NCBI RefSeq assembly: GCF_001676055.1
Contig: NZ_LZEX01000006.1
Span: 1-64,000 of the forward strand
DNA: 64,000 nt
From: Morganella psychrotolerans
GTDB lineage: Bacteria; Pseudomonadota; Gammaproteobacteria; Enterobacterales; Enterobacteriaceae
Reading direction: 5' to 3'
The notes under the pieces were generated by a model. The model had not been told where the DNA came from. It did not search any database and was given only the letters and a program-made list of their open reading frames with translations. Made by a program: the position numbers and the translations under genes. Below are positions 8,321 to 17,657 of the stretch, in pieces. Within the stretch, counting starts at the first letter, position 1; every line of letters begins with the position of its first letter.

Positions 8321-8968
8321 TTAAAGCGTCACATCGAAGTGCAGTATTTTCACCAGCATCTCCTCTGCCGTGATGTCCTTATAAGGCCAGCCGACAGGCA
8401 GAAACTGATGCTCTGTATACTTACTGAGTGATTCACACGCCAGGGTTTTAAACAACTTTCCCTCTTCCGGTTCAAACACTGCGAGGCACATCCCCGCAAG
8501 ATAGTGGCGGCTTGCATAACGGATACCATGGAAATCCCGCTCCGGATCATTTGCCAGACAACCCGTGATAGCCTGCGTCAGTGTGTAGTCAACACCGGTC
8601 AGTTGATCCGCTGTCAAATGCAACATAGACGCAAGAGTCGCCATATCAACCAATCGCAGCGGGAATACCGGATGCAACGTGTACATCTGAGCAATCTCCA
8701 GACTGCTGCCGGATATCGCAAAATGCCCGCGACCATGGTGATACATCCTGCCATAACTTTCTGCCAGTGCTGTCAGGCTGTTCTCTGCGAAATAGCATAC
8801 CCCGGTATTACCGGACAGATCGTTATAGCGCCCCATATCATCCGGTTTTGTTGGTTTCCCGTAATGTTCCGCTGACGGATAGTGTTTTCCCTGAAAGCGC
8901 TTCACATCCAGATCAAAACCTAAAACAGGTAATTTCCCATTATGGCAAAGCTGGGTCAGTTGTTCCAA
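8321..8968 (-). CDS. RES-domain toxin (NAD+-targeting Res/MbcT/ParT family)
   Basis: The protein carries GRYNDLSGNTGVCYFAENSLTALAE and FHGIRYASRH motifs with the conserved R, E and S positions. It is convergent with the DUF2384 gene, 42 bp apart. Confidence 0.75.
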   Translation of the reverse strand: MEQLTQLCHNGKLPVLGFDLDVKRFQGKHYPSAEHYGKPTKPDDMGRYNDLSGNTGVCYFAENSLTALAESYGRMYHHGRGHFAISGSSLEIAQMYTLHPVFPLRLVDMATLASMLHLTADQLTGVDYTLTQAITGCLANDPERDFHGIRYASRHYLAGMCLAVFEPEEGKLFKTLACESLSKYTEHQFLPVGWPYKDITAEEMLVKILHFDVTL

Positions 8969-9209
8969 AACGACGAGATATCTTCCATCACAAATAATTC
9001 CTATATATTTAATATCCTTACTAAATAACGAATGATAGCGATATGCTTCACCCTTCCTGAAAGTTCAGTTCATATTTCTGTATGTGAACTGCCGATCCTG
9101 CCCATAAGCAGGAGCGGCAATCGTTGCACATTTGTTAAATCAGGTTAAGGTTTTTATTGTTATTCTTTGAATTGGATATGAAAAATAGTCTGAACAGAGT
9201 CAAAACTAA

Positions 9210-9243
9210 AAGATGATATACAGTACCGGCCATCTAAAAACAG
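9210..9243 (-). terminator. hairpin with a perfect 11-bp stem (ACAGTACCGGC...GCCGGTACTGT) immediately 3' of the integrase
   Basis: Stem-loop followed by a T-rich tract on the minus strand. Confidence 0.45.
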
Positions 9244-9261
9244 CCGGTACTGTGTTAAATA

Positions 9262-10521
9262 TTATCCGATCTCAAACTCATACGGCACCACAAACTCCCG
9301 GCTGACTGCATCCAGGTAATCACCCCACCATTGCATTATCAGTTTTCGTTCCACAATGTGTTCGGCTTTGTGAATATAGGCGGCGCGGACGGCATTGCGC
9401 TCCTGGTGGCTCATCTGCCGCTCTATCGCATCCCGTGACCATTTTCCTGATTCAATCAGTGCGCTGCACGCCATGGTGCGAAAACCATGACCGCACAGCT
9501 CCTTAGCAGTGTCGTATCCCATCGTCCGCAGGGCATTGTTCACCGTGTTCTCACTCATCGGTTTTATCAGGCTATGGTCGCCCGGGAAGAGCAGCTCGCC
9601 CTCTCCGCTTATTGTCCTGATTTCTGCCAGAACGGCCAGTGTCTGGCGCGACAGCGGCACAATATGCTCTGACTGCATTTTTGCACCACGATAGGAGAAT
9701 TTCACACCGGGAATCGGCGTACGCTCTGCCGGAATTATCCAGATGGCGCGTTCTGTGTCGAATTCAGACCAGCGGGCAAGACGGATTTCACTGGAGCGCG
9801 AAAACGTCAGCAGCGTAAACTGTATCGCCAGTTTGGTTAACCGGCGGCCGTTGTAATAATCCAGCTTTGTCAGCAGCTCCGGCAGCCGTTCCAGCCGCAG
9901 CGCCGGGCGGTGGGTCACACGCGGCGGCATCAGTGCTCCGGCCATGTCCTTCGCAGGATTGCGATCAATCACGCCGCACTGAACCGCATATCCCATGATA
10001 TCCGTGATCCGCTGCTTCAGCCGCGAGGCCAGCTCCAGACGATCATTCGCCTCTACAATCCGCAGCGGTACCAGTAAATCTTTGGTTTTCAGTTCCGCAA
10101 CATGCCGCTGACCTATCGCCGGGAGAATATGCTTTTCCATATCGCGCCAGATACGGTTAGCGTGCGTCTCTGACCAGCGCCGCCGTCTGAGCATCTGCTG
10201 CGACCATTCTCGCGCCATTTTCTCAAAGGTATTCAGCGCATCCTCTTCGGCTTCCTTCTCCGCGATACGCTTCTGCTTCGGGTGAATACCATCCAGTATC
10301 ATCAGACGGGCTTCATCGCGTTTATCACGGGCGCGTGACAGTGAAACCAGCGGATATGCGCCGAATGCTATCCGGCTCTCTTTGCCGTTGTATGCAAACT
10401 TAAAATACCAGCGCTTTGTACCAACCGGATTTACCTGAAGATAAAGGCCGTACTCGTCGGCCAGTTTGTACATCTTTTTACCAGGTTTTGCGTTCCTTGC
10501 TGCCATGTCACTTAATGCCAT
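9262..10521 (-). CDS. int: P4-type tyrosine integrase/recombinase, full length
   Basis: The 419-aa protein has a DUF4102 arm-binding N-terminus (MALSDMAARNAKPGKKMYKLAD...) and a catalytic C-terminal domain. It lies 1.9 kb from tRNA-Leu on the same strand. Confidence 0.95.
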   Translation of the reverse strand: MALSDMAARNAKPGKKMYKLADEYGLYLQVNPVGTKRWYFKFAYNGKESRIAFGAYPLVSLSRARDKRDEARLMILDGIHPKQKRIAEKEAEEDALNTFEKMAREWSQQMLRRRRWSETHANRIWRDMEKHILPAIGQRHVAELKTKDLLVPLRIVEANDRLELASRLKQRITDIMGYAVQCGVIDRNPAKDMAGALMPPRVTHRPALRLERLPELLTKLDYYNGRRLTKLAIQFTLLTFSRSSEIRLARWSEFDTERAIWIIPAERTPIPGVKFSYRGAKMQSEHIVPLSRQTLAVLAEIRTISGEGELLFPGDHSLIKPMSENTVNNALRTMGYDTAKELCGHGFRTMACSALIESGKWSRDAIERQMSHQERNAVRAAYIHKAEHIVERKLIMQWWGDYLDAVSREFVVPYEFEIG

Positions 10522-10971
10522 AAGTCCGGGTCACTCCTTTGTCGAATTGGTTTATCGCATCGTGACTTTTACGTACTCCGGGAACAACAAAGAAATATAT
10601 TCACAAAGTTGAACATTTTAATAAGCAGGTGACATAGGGGTTCATCACTGTGTGGACAACCAAAAACAGTGCAGAATAACGAAACAGGCTGAATTGCCGG
10701 TTGGTATAATTTGAGGGGAAAATTTAATTCGTTGTTTTTATTTGAAAAGATAAATAGTGATATTTTTTATCGGGGTATACAGGTGGCGGTATATATCTAG
10801 GTGAGATATACATGTGATTTATTGGTACTGACTTACCCCTCACTGCATTACTCTGCCATGAGGGTATAACGAGTGAACTACGATAAGAGTAATGAAAATA
10901 TGAAGTTTATTTAAAATATTTCTTTTATGAACATCACCGGAACCACCTGATACACAGGTGGCCAGCTAATA

Positions 10972-11707
10972 TTACCAATTTATATTAAAGATGTATCCTT
11001 CCAGCACAAGGGTAATAATTACAATAAATAATACAACCATTCCGCCAACTCCGAATGTCTTAAATCTACATTTCTGCCCACACTTAAATATAAAAAAGAA
11101 GAAACCAGTTTGGTTTTTATTCGCTAATGCATAGGCTAACTCAATAAAAGAAGATATGTGTATTAAAATAATGGAAATACTTATCAATATTGCAGATGAT
11201 ATTATAGAAAGAGAAAGATTCTTCCCATGTCCATTTAATTTCGCCCAGAATTTACTGGCAGAATCAACCTCCCTGGCAACATTAAGAATATCCTGAGGAA
11301 TTAGCCCATTGACTTTTCCATTTAATGAAAAAATTATCACTGCCAATACACCCATTAATAACCATCTTATAACATCAACACGTTCGGCTTCCTTGTTAGT
11401 AAATAAAATTAATAATCCAATAAATGCTAATACGGGTGACGTTACAGCTCCCCATGTTAATACAGAATATACTTGTTCATAATAACTAAAAAAAAAGCCA
11501 TGCTAAGAGACTGACTATGAATATTACTGCAACGGCACTGCCTACAACGATAGGATTGCCATCACTATCTGTTGATTTTTTGTGATTATTATTGATGGTT
11601 TTGTTAATTACTTGGGTGTTTTGAATATTGTAGCCACCACTGTTACTCTGAACAACGTTAATATTATCTGTGTTATTCTTGATGTTTATATCTGCAAATC
11701 TTCCCAT
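10972..11707 (-). pseudogene. Asn-rich membrane protein of unknown function, given as two ORFs of 73 and 127 aa. The frames fuse into ~245 aa if the A9 run at 11488-11496 were A8.
   Basis: Manual translation shows an open frame linking the two ORFs across the homopolymer. It has an Asn-rich N-terminus and at least 4 hydrophobic helices. Confidence 0.4.
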
Positions 11708-12373
11708 ATTTTTCTATTCCATCTAAGTGGATGACAATAATGAAATACATTTATGCCGTACTAATTATACGAAACACATACCTGTGATGTTACCTTCGAT
11801 ATTAAATAAACACAAAGCATGCCTATTTTTACAAAACAATCAATGAGTTAAAAATAATAAAATGATTAGAACACTAAAAAATCACTCATTAACTACCTTT
11901 ATTAGTAGTCAATCTGGTAACTCATTTTTAGTGAATATAATCTATTAAGGATATCGGAACAATAAATTAAAAGCTCATCAGAGCTAATAATCTAGCTGTA
12001 TATCTTTATGCATCCATGTAACCTGTTTTCTACTCTGAGTTCAATGTCACCAACGCTTCATGCCACTGGTTCCGGATGTTACTTGGCTAGCATGACTATA
12101 TATCCCCAAAGTTTTTAATCCGTATGGACGAAAATATCTAAAAGTAGATGGTTCTTTTTACCTGAATATTTATAACACCAACACCGGGTCAAAAAACCGC
12201 GTCGCAAAGTTGACCCCGTCAAAACCGTTTTTTTGCCCGGATGACGCCCGGACAGCAACAGACCTACCGAAGCGCGTTACACGAACCGGTAATTGGAAAT
12301 TAAAATGTTATTTTACATAAACTTACAAACAAGAAAGGCGGCTAAAAACAGCCGGATAGCGAATTTCAGGCAC

Positions 12374-12396
12374 AAAAAAAGCCACCTCGCGGTAGC
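12374..12396 (-). terminator. rho-independent terminator downstream of tRNA-Leu (stem GCTACC-GCGA-GGTGGC plus T7), supplied by the island
   Basis: Hairpin plus U-run 18 nt past the tRNA 3' end. Confidence 0.45.
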
Positions 12397-12413
12397 TTGA
12401 TTTCACTTAAGAA

Positions 12414-12495
12414 TGCCGAAGGCCGGAATCGAACCGGCACGCCCTAAAGCGGTTGATTTTGAATCAACTGCGTCTACCAATTCCGCCACTCCGGC
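12414..12495 (-). tRNA. leuX: tRNA-Leu (anticodon CAA), the leuX homologue. Its 3' end is reconstituted from island sequence and no CCA is encoded (the 3' trailer is TTC).
   Basis: It is 82 nt and matches E. coli leuX (GCCGGAGTGGCGGAATTGGTAGACGCAGTTGATTCAAAATCAACC...GTGCCGGTTCGATTCCGGCCTTCGGCA). The anticodon loop is TTCAAAA. Confidence 0.9.
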
Positions 12496-12523
12496 ACTGA
12501 AGTGTGTTCTCGATAACGGCGTT

Positions 12524-12553
12524 ATTATACGTGTGGTGCCGGGAGGTGCAAGA
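12524..12553 (-). promoter_or_regulatory. leuX promoter: -35 TTGCAC, 16-nt spacer, -10 TATAAT, and a GC-rich discriminator
   Basis: Near-consensus sigma70 elements 25-60 nt upstream of the tRNA 5' end. Confidence 0.5.
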
Positions 12554-12758
12554 ATTATCATCTCACCGGTCTGTTGAGTGATTAAAAATCCATCATTTCA
12601 GTAGGATGATACTTTATTTTACATCTGCCAAATTTCTGCCCGTTTTTAGCTCTGTGAGTTATTGTCGTTTTATTTATGGAGATTCGTCCCCGGATGAATA
12701 GACATCAATACAATTGCTTATATAATCACCCCCGGCTCCTGATAAATGTGAGGTAGGT

Positions 12759-12839
12759 ATGGGCTTTGCCGGCTGGATTGCAATGGGTATCTTTATTGGT
12801 ATCGCTATTGGTATTTTGTTACGTGTCTTCAAAAAATAA
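12759..12839 (+). CDS. candidate 26-aa hydrophobic small protein (MGFAGWIAMGIFIGIAIGILLRVFKK)
   Basis: It has a good RBS (GAGGTAGGT ATG), a single TM helix and a KK C-terminus. It is too short for the ORF track. Confidence 0.3.
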   Translation: MGFAGWIAMGIFIGIAIGILLRVFKK

Positions 12840-12904
12840 CTGACTTACATTGATTCTCATATTCTTATGTTTTTATGCTTGCACGGAAGGCTTGTTAAAT
12901 CATC

Positions 12905-14128
12905 ATGAGTAAATTACACCGTCATATTGTGCGTCTGCTGCCTTTTTCATTACTGGCCATTGCGCTCTCCGCCTGTTCCTCACAGCCTGCGAAGCAAGCC
13001 GTTTCGCCCGCAGAACGCCCGCCTCTGGACTGGTCCATTATTGATAACAGTACAACACCCCTGAAGCTGGCACCGCAACTTGTAGATGAAGCCGGAGAGA
13101 AAATTTTCTCAGAAACAGATGCCCGCGGTATGTTTATGGTGGTGATTGATAACAACGAAATTTTTCACCGCAGCTATGGTGAGACCCGTCCGGGAAATGG
13201 TGTCAAACCACGGACAGATTCGCTGATCCGTATTGCATCCGTCAGTAAACTGATGACCAGCGAAGTGCTGGTAAAAATGGCGGATGACGGGCTGGTGAAT
13301 CTGAACGATCCGCTGCAAAAATACACTTACGGGCAGACAAAAGTGCCGGCTTATAACGGCAAGCCAATCCGCCTGTTTCATCTGGCGAGTCACACCAGTA
13401 TTCTGCCGCGCGAGCAGCCCGGCGGGAAATGGGGACGTCCGGTGTTTACCTGGCCAAGCCGCGATCAGCGCTGGACATGGCTGAAAACAACAAAACTGAC
13501 TGCCCAGCCGGGAACAGAAGCTGCTTATTCCAATATTGCGTATGACTTACTGGCAGATGCACTCGAAAAAGCCGGAAAACGCCCTTATCCTGAGCTGTTC
13601 AGACAATATGTGACACAGCCTGCGGGTATGAAAGATACGACTTACAATCCGTCTTCCGCTCAGTGTAAGCGCCTGATGGTCGGTTTCAAACCAAGTGATT
13701 GTTACAGCACACTGGCAGCAGTCGGCAGTGGCGGGGTTTACTCTACACCGGCTGATATGCAGAAATGGATGCAGGGATTTCTCTCATCCGGACGTTCAGC
13801 ACGCAAAGCAACGGCTTCCAAAGAACAGACTATCTATTTCAAACGCGGCCATCTTAATGAAATAAAAGGGATGGATGTTGCAGGTAGTGCAGATGGTCTG
13901 GGGCTTGGTTGGGTGTATCTGGCACCTGTCGGGGATATCCCGGCTATTTACCAGAAAACCGGTGGCGGTGGTGGCTTTAATACCTATATGGCTATGATCC
14001 CGGAGAAAAATGTCGGTATCTTTGTGGTAATGACCCGTAAAGACGGCAGTAAATTCAGCCCGTTACCGAATGGTGTCAATGATTTGGTACGCTCTCTGGC
14101 GGATTTACATACCCGTGATTTTCTGTAA
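12905..14128 (+). CDS. ampH: AmpH-like penicillin-binding protein / class C beta-lactamase-fold serine hydrolase lipoprotein
   Basis: The 407-aa protein has a lipobox (LSAC), the SVSKLMTSE (SxxK) motif, and full-length similarity to E. coli AmpH. Confidence 0.85.
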   Translation: MSKLHRHIVRLLPFSLLAIALSACSSQPAKQAVSPAERPPLDWSIIDNSTTPLKLAPQLVDEAGEKIFSETDARGMFMVVIDNNEIFHRSYGETRPGNGVKPRTDSLIRIASVSKLMTSEVLVKMADDGLVNLNDPLQKYTYGQTKVPAYNGKPIRLFHLASHTSILPREQPGGKWGRPVFTWPSRDQRWTWLKTTKLTAQPGTEAAYSNIAYDLLADALEKAGKRPYPELFRQYVTQPAGMKDTTYNPSSAQCKRLMVGFKPSDCYSTLAAVGSGGVYSTPADMQKWMQGFLSSGRSARKATASKEQTIYFKRGHLNEIKGMDVAGSADGLGLGWVYLAPVGDIPAIYQKTGGGGGFNTYMAMIPEKNVGIFVVMTRKDGSKFSPLPNGVNDLVRSLADLHTRDFL

Positions 14129-14150
14129 TACCTGAGTAAAAATGCCCGCT

Positions 14151-14954
14151 TCAGCAGCGGGCATGTTCCAGTACCGTTTTCATTAAAAAAGCATCAAGCG
14201 GCACGCTGTCACGATGCGATGATTTACCCGGAGAGTGTTCCGCGGTTTCTGCCAGCACATCCTGTATCAGTTTATCGATAGCCGGACGCCGTGCACCATA
14301 CAAACTTTCACCGGCTGATTTCTTCAGAGTCACAAGCGCGTTAATTTCATCACGGACTGTATCGTCAGTTACTGTGCCATCCACCAGCGTTTCAAATGCC
14401 ATCGGCGGCAGCCCTTTGCCGGCGGCTATCCAGCGTAGTGCCATTACCGGTCGCAATACATAAAAATACTTTTTCAGCCGGACCTGCTCTGCCAGTAAAT
14501 GCTCTTGCGTGTTGCGTTTTGCCATCGAAAGATAGTGCCAGCGCGCTTTATGTGAGGAATAAAACTGTGCTGCCAGCTCCGTTATTTCCCTGGTGAATGT
14601 TTCATCCTGATAATATATTACCGGAGAGCTGAGCCACTCAATCAGTGCGGGGTTAGAGTTTCTCAGCAGTTTCAGTGCTTTGGATAACTCCCAGCCCGCC
14701 ACATCCAGTTCATCATCTATCGGTTTTTCTATGACATCCCGCTTGCGATCAAGTGCGAGATACCAATCCGGCTGATGCACATAGATAAAACGCACATCAT
14801 AATCACTGTCCGGTGAGGCAAATCCCCATCCGCGACTACCTGATTCACAGGCGTACAACACTTTCACATGATGTGTTTTCTCTATCTCTGCCAATGTTTT
14901 TTTTATCCGCTCCCGCATTACGGCGCAAACGGCTTCATCATCTTTATCCGTCAT
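14151..14954 (-). CDS. Pol-beta superfamily nucleotidyltransferase (GS-X9-DxD motif ESGSRGWGFASPDSDYDVRF), last gene of the rtcB operon
   Basis: The 267-aa protein has a 4-nt gap to rtcB. This NTase family is often encoded next to RNA-repair genes. Confidence 0.75.
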   Translation of the reverse strand: MTDKDDEAVCAVMRERIKKTLAEIEKTHHVKVLYACESGSRGWGFASPDSDYDVRFIYVHQPDWYLALDRKRDVIEKPIDDELDVAGWELSKALKLLRNSNPALIEWLSSPVIYYQDETFTREITELAAQFYSSHKARWHYLSMAKRNTQEHLLAEQVRLKKYFYVLRPVMALRWIAAGKGLPPMAFETLVDGTVTDDTVRDEINALVTLKKSAGESLYGARRPAIDKLIQDVLAETAEHSPGKSSHRDSVPLDAFLMKTVLEHARC

Positions 14955-14958
14955 TTTT

Positions 14959-16185
14959 CTATCCTTTCACACACACTACCTGACGCAGTGTATGAACAAT
15001 TTCAACCAGGGATGACTGTGCGGCCATCACAGCATCAATATCTTTGTAAGCCATCGGGATCTCATCGATCACATCACTGTCTTTACGGCATTCCACATGG
15101 GCGGTGGCCTGTTTCTGGTCTGCGACTGAGAAGCGTTTTTTTGCCTCGGTACGGCTCATTACACGACCCGCTCCGTGGCTGCATGAGCAGAAACTCTCTT
15201 CATTTCCCAACCCGCGCACAATATAGCTTTTGGCACCCATAGAGCCCGGGATAATTCCCATCTGCCCTTTACGGGCGGATACCGCCCCTTTACGTGTAAC
15301 CAGGATTTCCTCACCGAAATGCTGTTCTTTCTGCACATAGTTATGATGGCAATTCACCGCTTCCTGCTGTGTGGTAAAAGGCCTGGTGATTTCACGGGAC
15401 AAGGCTTCCAGCACCCGGTGCATCATCACTTCCCGGTTATGGCGGGCAAAATCCTGTGCCCAGCCGACTGCTTCCATATAATCATTAAAATACACACTTC
15501 CCTCTTCAAAATACGCAAGATCACGATCCGGCAGATTGGCAATATGTGTCTGCATATCTTTCTGTGCCAGCGAGATAAACAAGTTTCCGATAGCATTACC
15601 GACCCCGCGCGAACCGCTGTGTAACATCACCCACACGAAACTGCTTTCATCCAGGCACAGTTCAATAAAATGATTCCCTGTGCCGAGTGTTCCCAGATGC
15701 TTATAGTTATTGGTATTACGTAACGCAGGATATTTATCGCAGATACGTTTAAACCCGGCATCCAGATGCATCCAGTGGCTGTCCACAATGTCCGGTGTAT
15801 CACGCCAGCTTCCTTTATCCCGTCCGTGACGCTGAGTGGTTCGTCCGTGAGGAACCGCCGCTTCAATGGCAAAACGGATATTTTGCAGATTGTCCGGCAG
15901 ATCGGTTGCCGTCAGTGATGTTTTCACTGCAATCATTCCGCAACCGATATCCACCCCGACAGCTGCCGGGATAATCGCACCTTTGGTCGGGATCACGCTG
16001 CCGATAGTTGATCCTTTCCCGACATGCACATCCGGCATCACGGCAAGATGCTTAAAAATAAACGGCATTTTTGCGGTGTTCTGCAACTGAATAACCGCTT
16101 TCGGATCCACCGGAACACCATTGGTCCACAATTTTACCGGCGCACTGTTTTCCTGAATTAATTCATTGAAACCATTACTGAACAT
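14959..16185 (-). CDS. rtcB: RtcB RNA 3'-phosphate/2',3'-cyclic phosphate ligase
   Basis: The 408-aa protein is about 80% identical by eye to E. coli RtcB along its whole length. Confidence 0.95.
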   Translation of the reverse strand: MFSNGFNELIQENSAPVKLWTNGVPVDPKAVIQLQNTAKMPFIFKHLAVMPDVHVGKGSTIGSVIPTKGAIIPAAVGVDIGCGMIAVKTSLTATDLPDNLQNIRFAIEAAVPHGRTTQRHGRDKGSWRDTPDIVDSHWMHLDAGFKRICDKYPALRNTNNYKHLGTLGTGNHFIELCLDESSFVWVMLHSGSRGVGNAIGNLFISLAQKDMQTHIANLPDRDLAYFEEGSVYFNDYMEAVGWAQDFARHNREVMMHRVLEALSREITRPFTTQQEAVNCHHNYVQKEQHFGEEILVTRKGAVSARKGQMGIIPGSMGAKSYIVRGLGNEESFCSCSHGAGRVMSRTEAKKRFSVADQKQATAHVECRKDSDVIDEIPMAYKDIDAVMAAQSSLVEIVHTLRQVVCVKG

Positions 16186-17312
16186 TATTGAACATCCTTA
16201 ATTTTTACCAATCCGTTCATTACCTGATCCAGTCCGCCGTAAACAGAAATCTGATCGATACGATGTGCGATACTTTCCAGCATTTCCAGCTCTTTCAGCC
16301 GTAATGCCACCGGGTTATTTTCCATCACTTTCGCCGTATTGAGCAGCGAGCGTGTCGCAGCAGTCTCTTCACGACGACGGATAACATTGGCCTGAGCTGA
16401 TTTTTCAGCTTCAACGACCTGCGATAAAATAGTGCGCATTTCGCCCGGTAAAATAATATCTTTCACCCCGGCAGACGCAACTTCCAGCCCGAACGGAATG
16501 GTTGAATCTGCTATCTGTGCAAGCACCAGCTCATCAATTAACCGCTTGTTTTCCAACAATTCATCCAGAGTCCGGGTACCGACAACTTCGCGCAGCGCAA
16601 ACTGTAATTCACGATAGAGATGCTCTGCCGGCTTACTCAGCTGTGAAAATGCCTGTAAAATATCGGTATAGCGCCAGTTAGCGGATAAGTTAATCCGCAA
16701 TGTCACTTTATCGCGGGTCAGAATTTCCTGACCACCGACGTCCAGTGATTGCAAACGGGTGTCGATCACATCTGCTTCCGGCTTATGGTCCGTACACCAG
16801 TAACCGTAAGTGCCGGGTGCCAGCAATGAATCCACTTCGCCGTCAATTTTCAGTACGCCCGTATGCCATGCCGGGATCTGAACGATCAGCACAAGTTCTG
16901 ATCCCTTTACTTTCTGTTTTCCGCGGGTCAGGCGGGATAATAATGTGTCATCCACTCTAATATTTCCGGTTACCTGAGTCTCCGCCCGCAAGCTGTTACC
17001 CTTCTTCCAGTACAGACGACGACCGCCGGATGGTAAAATTTCTGTCAATGTATCATGCAGATACAAAAAGCCTGTTTCATCATCTGCCGGACAGAGATCA
17101 ACACAATATTCAGTTACCCATTGCGGATGATACTCGCGCAAGTGCTCCGCCAGTTTTGTATCGATCGGCGCGGCCCCCGGTTCAAAAGTTGTCACTGTCA
17201 GTTTATTGAACCAGTCATTAAGACGGTGCTCTCCTGCCGGTAAAATAGCCTGAAAATTCCCGTTTTTTTCAACTAATGCGATTGTTCCCTGGGCAATTGT
17301 TATTTTTTTCAT
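16185..17312 (-). CDS. SPFH/band-7 (slipin/stomatin-like) domain protein with a ~170-aa N-terminal domain and no obvious TM helix. It is the first gene of the RtcR-controlled operon.
   Basis: The C-terminal half has the SPFH signature (KDIILPGEMRTILSQVVEAEKSAQANVIRRREETAATRSLLNTAKV...LRLKELEMLE). The stop overlaps the rtcB start (ATGA). Confidence 0.8.
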   Translation of the reverse strand: MKKITIAQGTIALVEKNGNFQAILPAGEHRLNDWFNKLTVTTFEPGAAPIDTKLAEHLREYHPQWVTEYCVDLCPADDETGFLYLHDTLTEILPSGGRRLYWKKGNSLRAETQVTGNIRVDDTLLSRLTRGKQKVKGSELVLIVQIPAWHTGVLKIDGEVDSLLAPGTYGYWCTDHKPEADVIDTRLQSLDVGGQEILTRDKVTLRINLSANWRYTDILQAFSQLSKPAEHLYRELQFALREVVGTRTLDELLENKRLIDELVLAQIADSTIPFGLEVASAGVKDIILPGEMRTILSQVVEAEKSAQANVIRRREETAATRSLLNTAKVMENNPVALRLKELEMLESIAHRIDQISVYGGLDQVMNGLVKIKDVQ

Positions 17313-17490
17313 TATTTTTCCTTTTCATTTTATGAGCCACGACCGGACACAAATACAGTATCGCGGGGGAAACCACAGAGGACCGGAGGCTGTCTGTCGT
17401 TCTGCCCGCCACCCGGTATGACAGCCGGGCCGTGGTGTGCGGCTCTGCGTTCAGCCGCGTGAAAACTGCTTTATGTTTACTGCATAAGGA

Positions 17491-17528
17491 GGTGATTCAG
17501 GATTCGAACCTGATAAAGCCATATCACC
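17491..17528 (-). ncRNA. tRNA-like minihelix in the rtc operon leader: GGTGAT-ATGGCTTTA-[TCAGG TTCGAAT CCTGA]-ATCACC (acceptor-like stem plus a perfect T-arm). Possible Y-RNA-like or tRNA-like element.
   Basis: A GGTTCGAATCC T-loop consensus flanked by 5-bp and 6-bp stems, inside a 330-nt untranslated leader between the sigma54 promoter and the first ORF. Confidence 0.3.
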
Positions 17529-17639
17529 GGGAACTGCGCGGACAAAACGGAATACAGATAATGAAACGGCATTGCCGCCACCTCTGCACCGGTCGGGCGT
17601 AAAGCCCAGACAATTTCTGTCAGTGCGGTACAGGTAATA

Positions 17640-17657
17640 TTGCGATAAGCGTGCCAG
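17640..17657 (-). promoter_or_regulatory. sigma54 (-24/-12) promoter TGGCACG-CTTA-TCGCA, driving the SPFH-rtcB-NTase operon
   Basis: One mismatch to TGGCACG-N4-TTGCW. It is divergent from the rtcR start about 170 bp away. Confidence 0.6.

Larger units (their letters stand above)
858..12413. mobile_element. genomic island (~11.6 kb) integrated at the 3' end of tRNA-Leu(CAA) (leuX). It is mosaic and AT-rich, with its integrase at 9262-10521.
   Basis: It is flanked by the intact tRNA (12414-12495) and the displaced tRNA 3' fragment (837-857). It carries a P4-type integrase, TA modules and low-GC (~30%) cargo. Confidence 0.7.

Noticed and set aside
10936-10960. Hairpin CCACCTG-ATACACA-CAGGTGG after the membrane-protein ORF, considered as a terminator.
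   Set aside because: There is no T-run on the relevant strand. It may still be a protein-binding palindrome, but support is insufficient.
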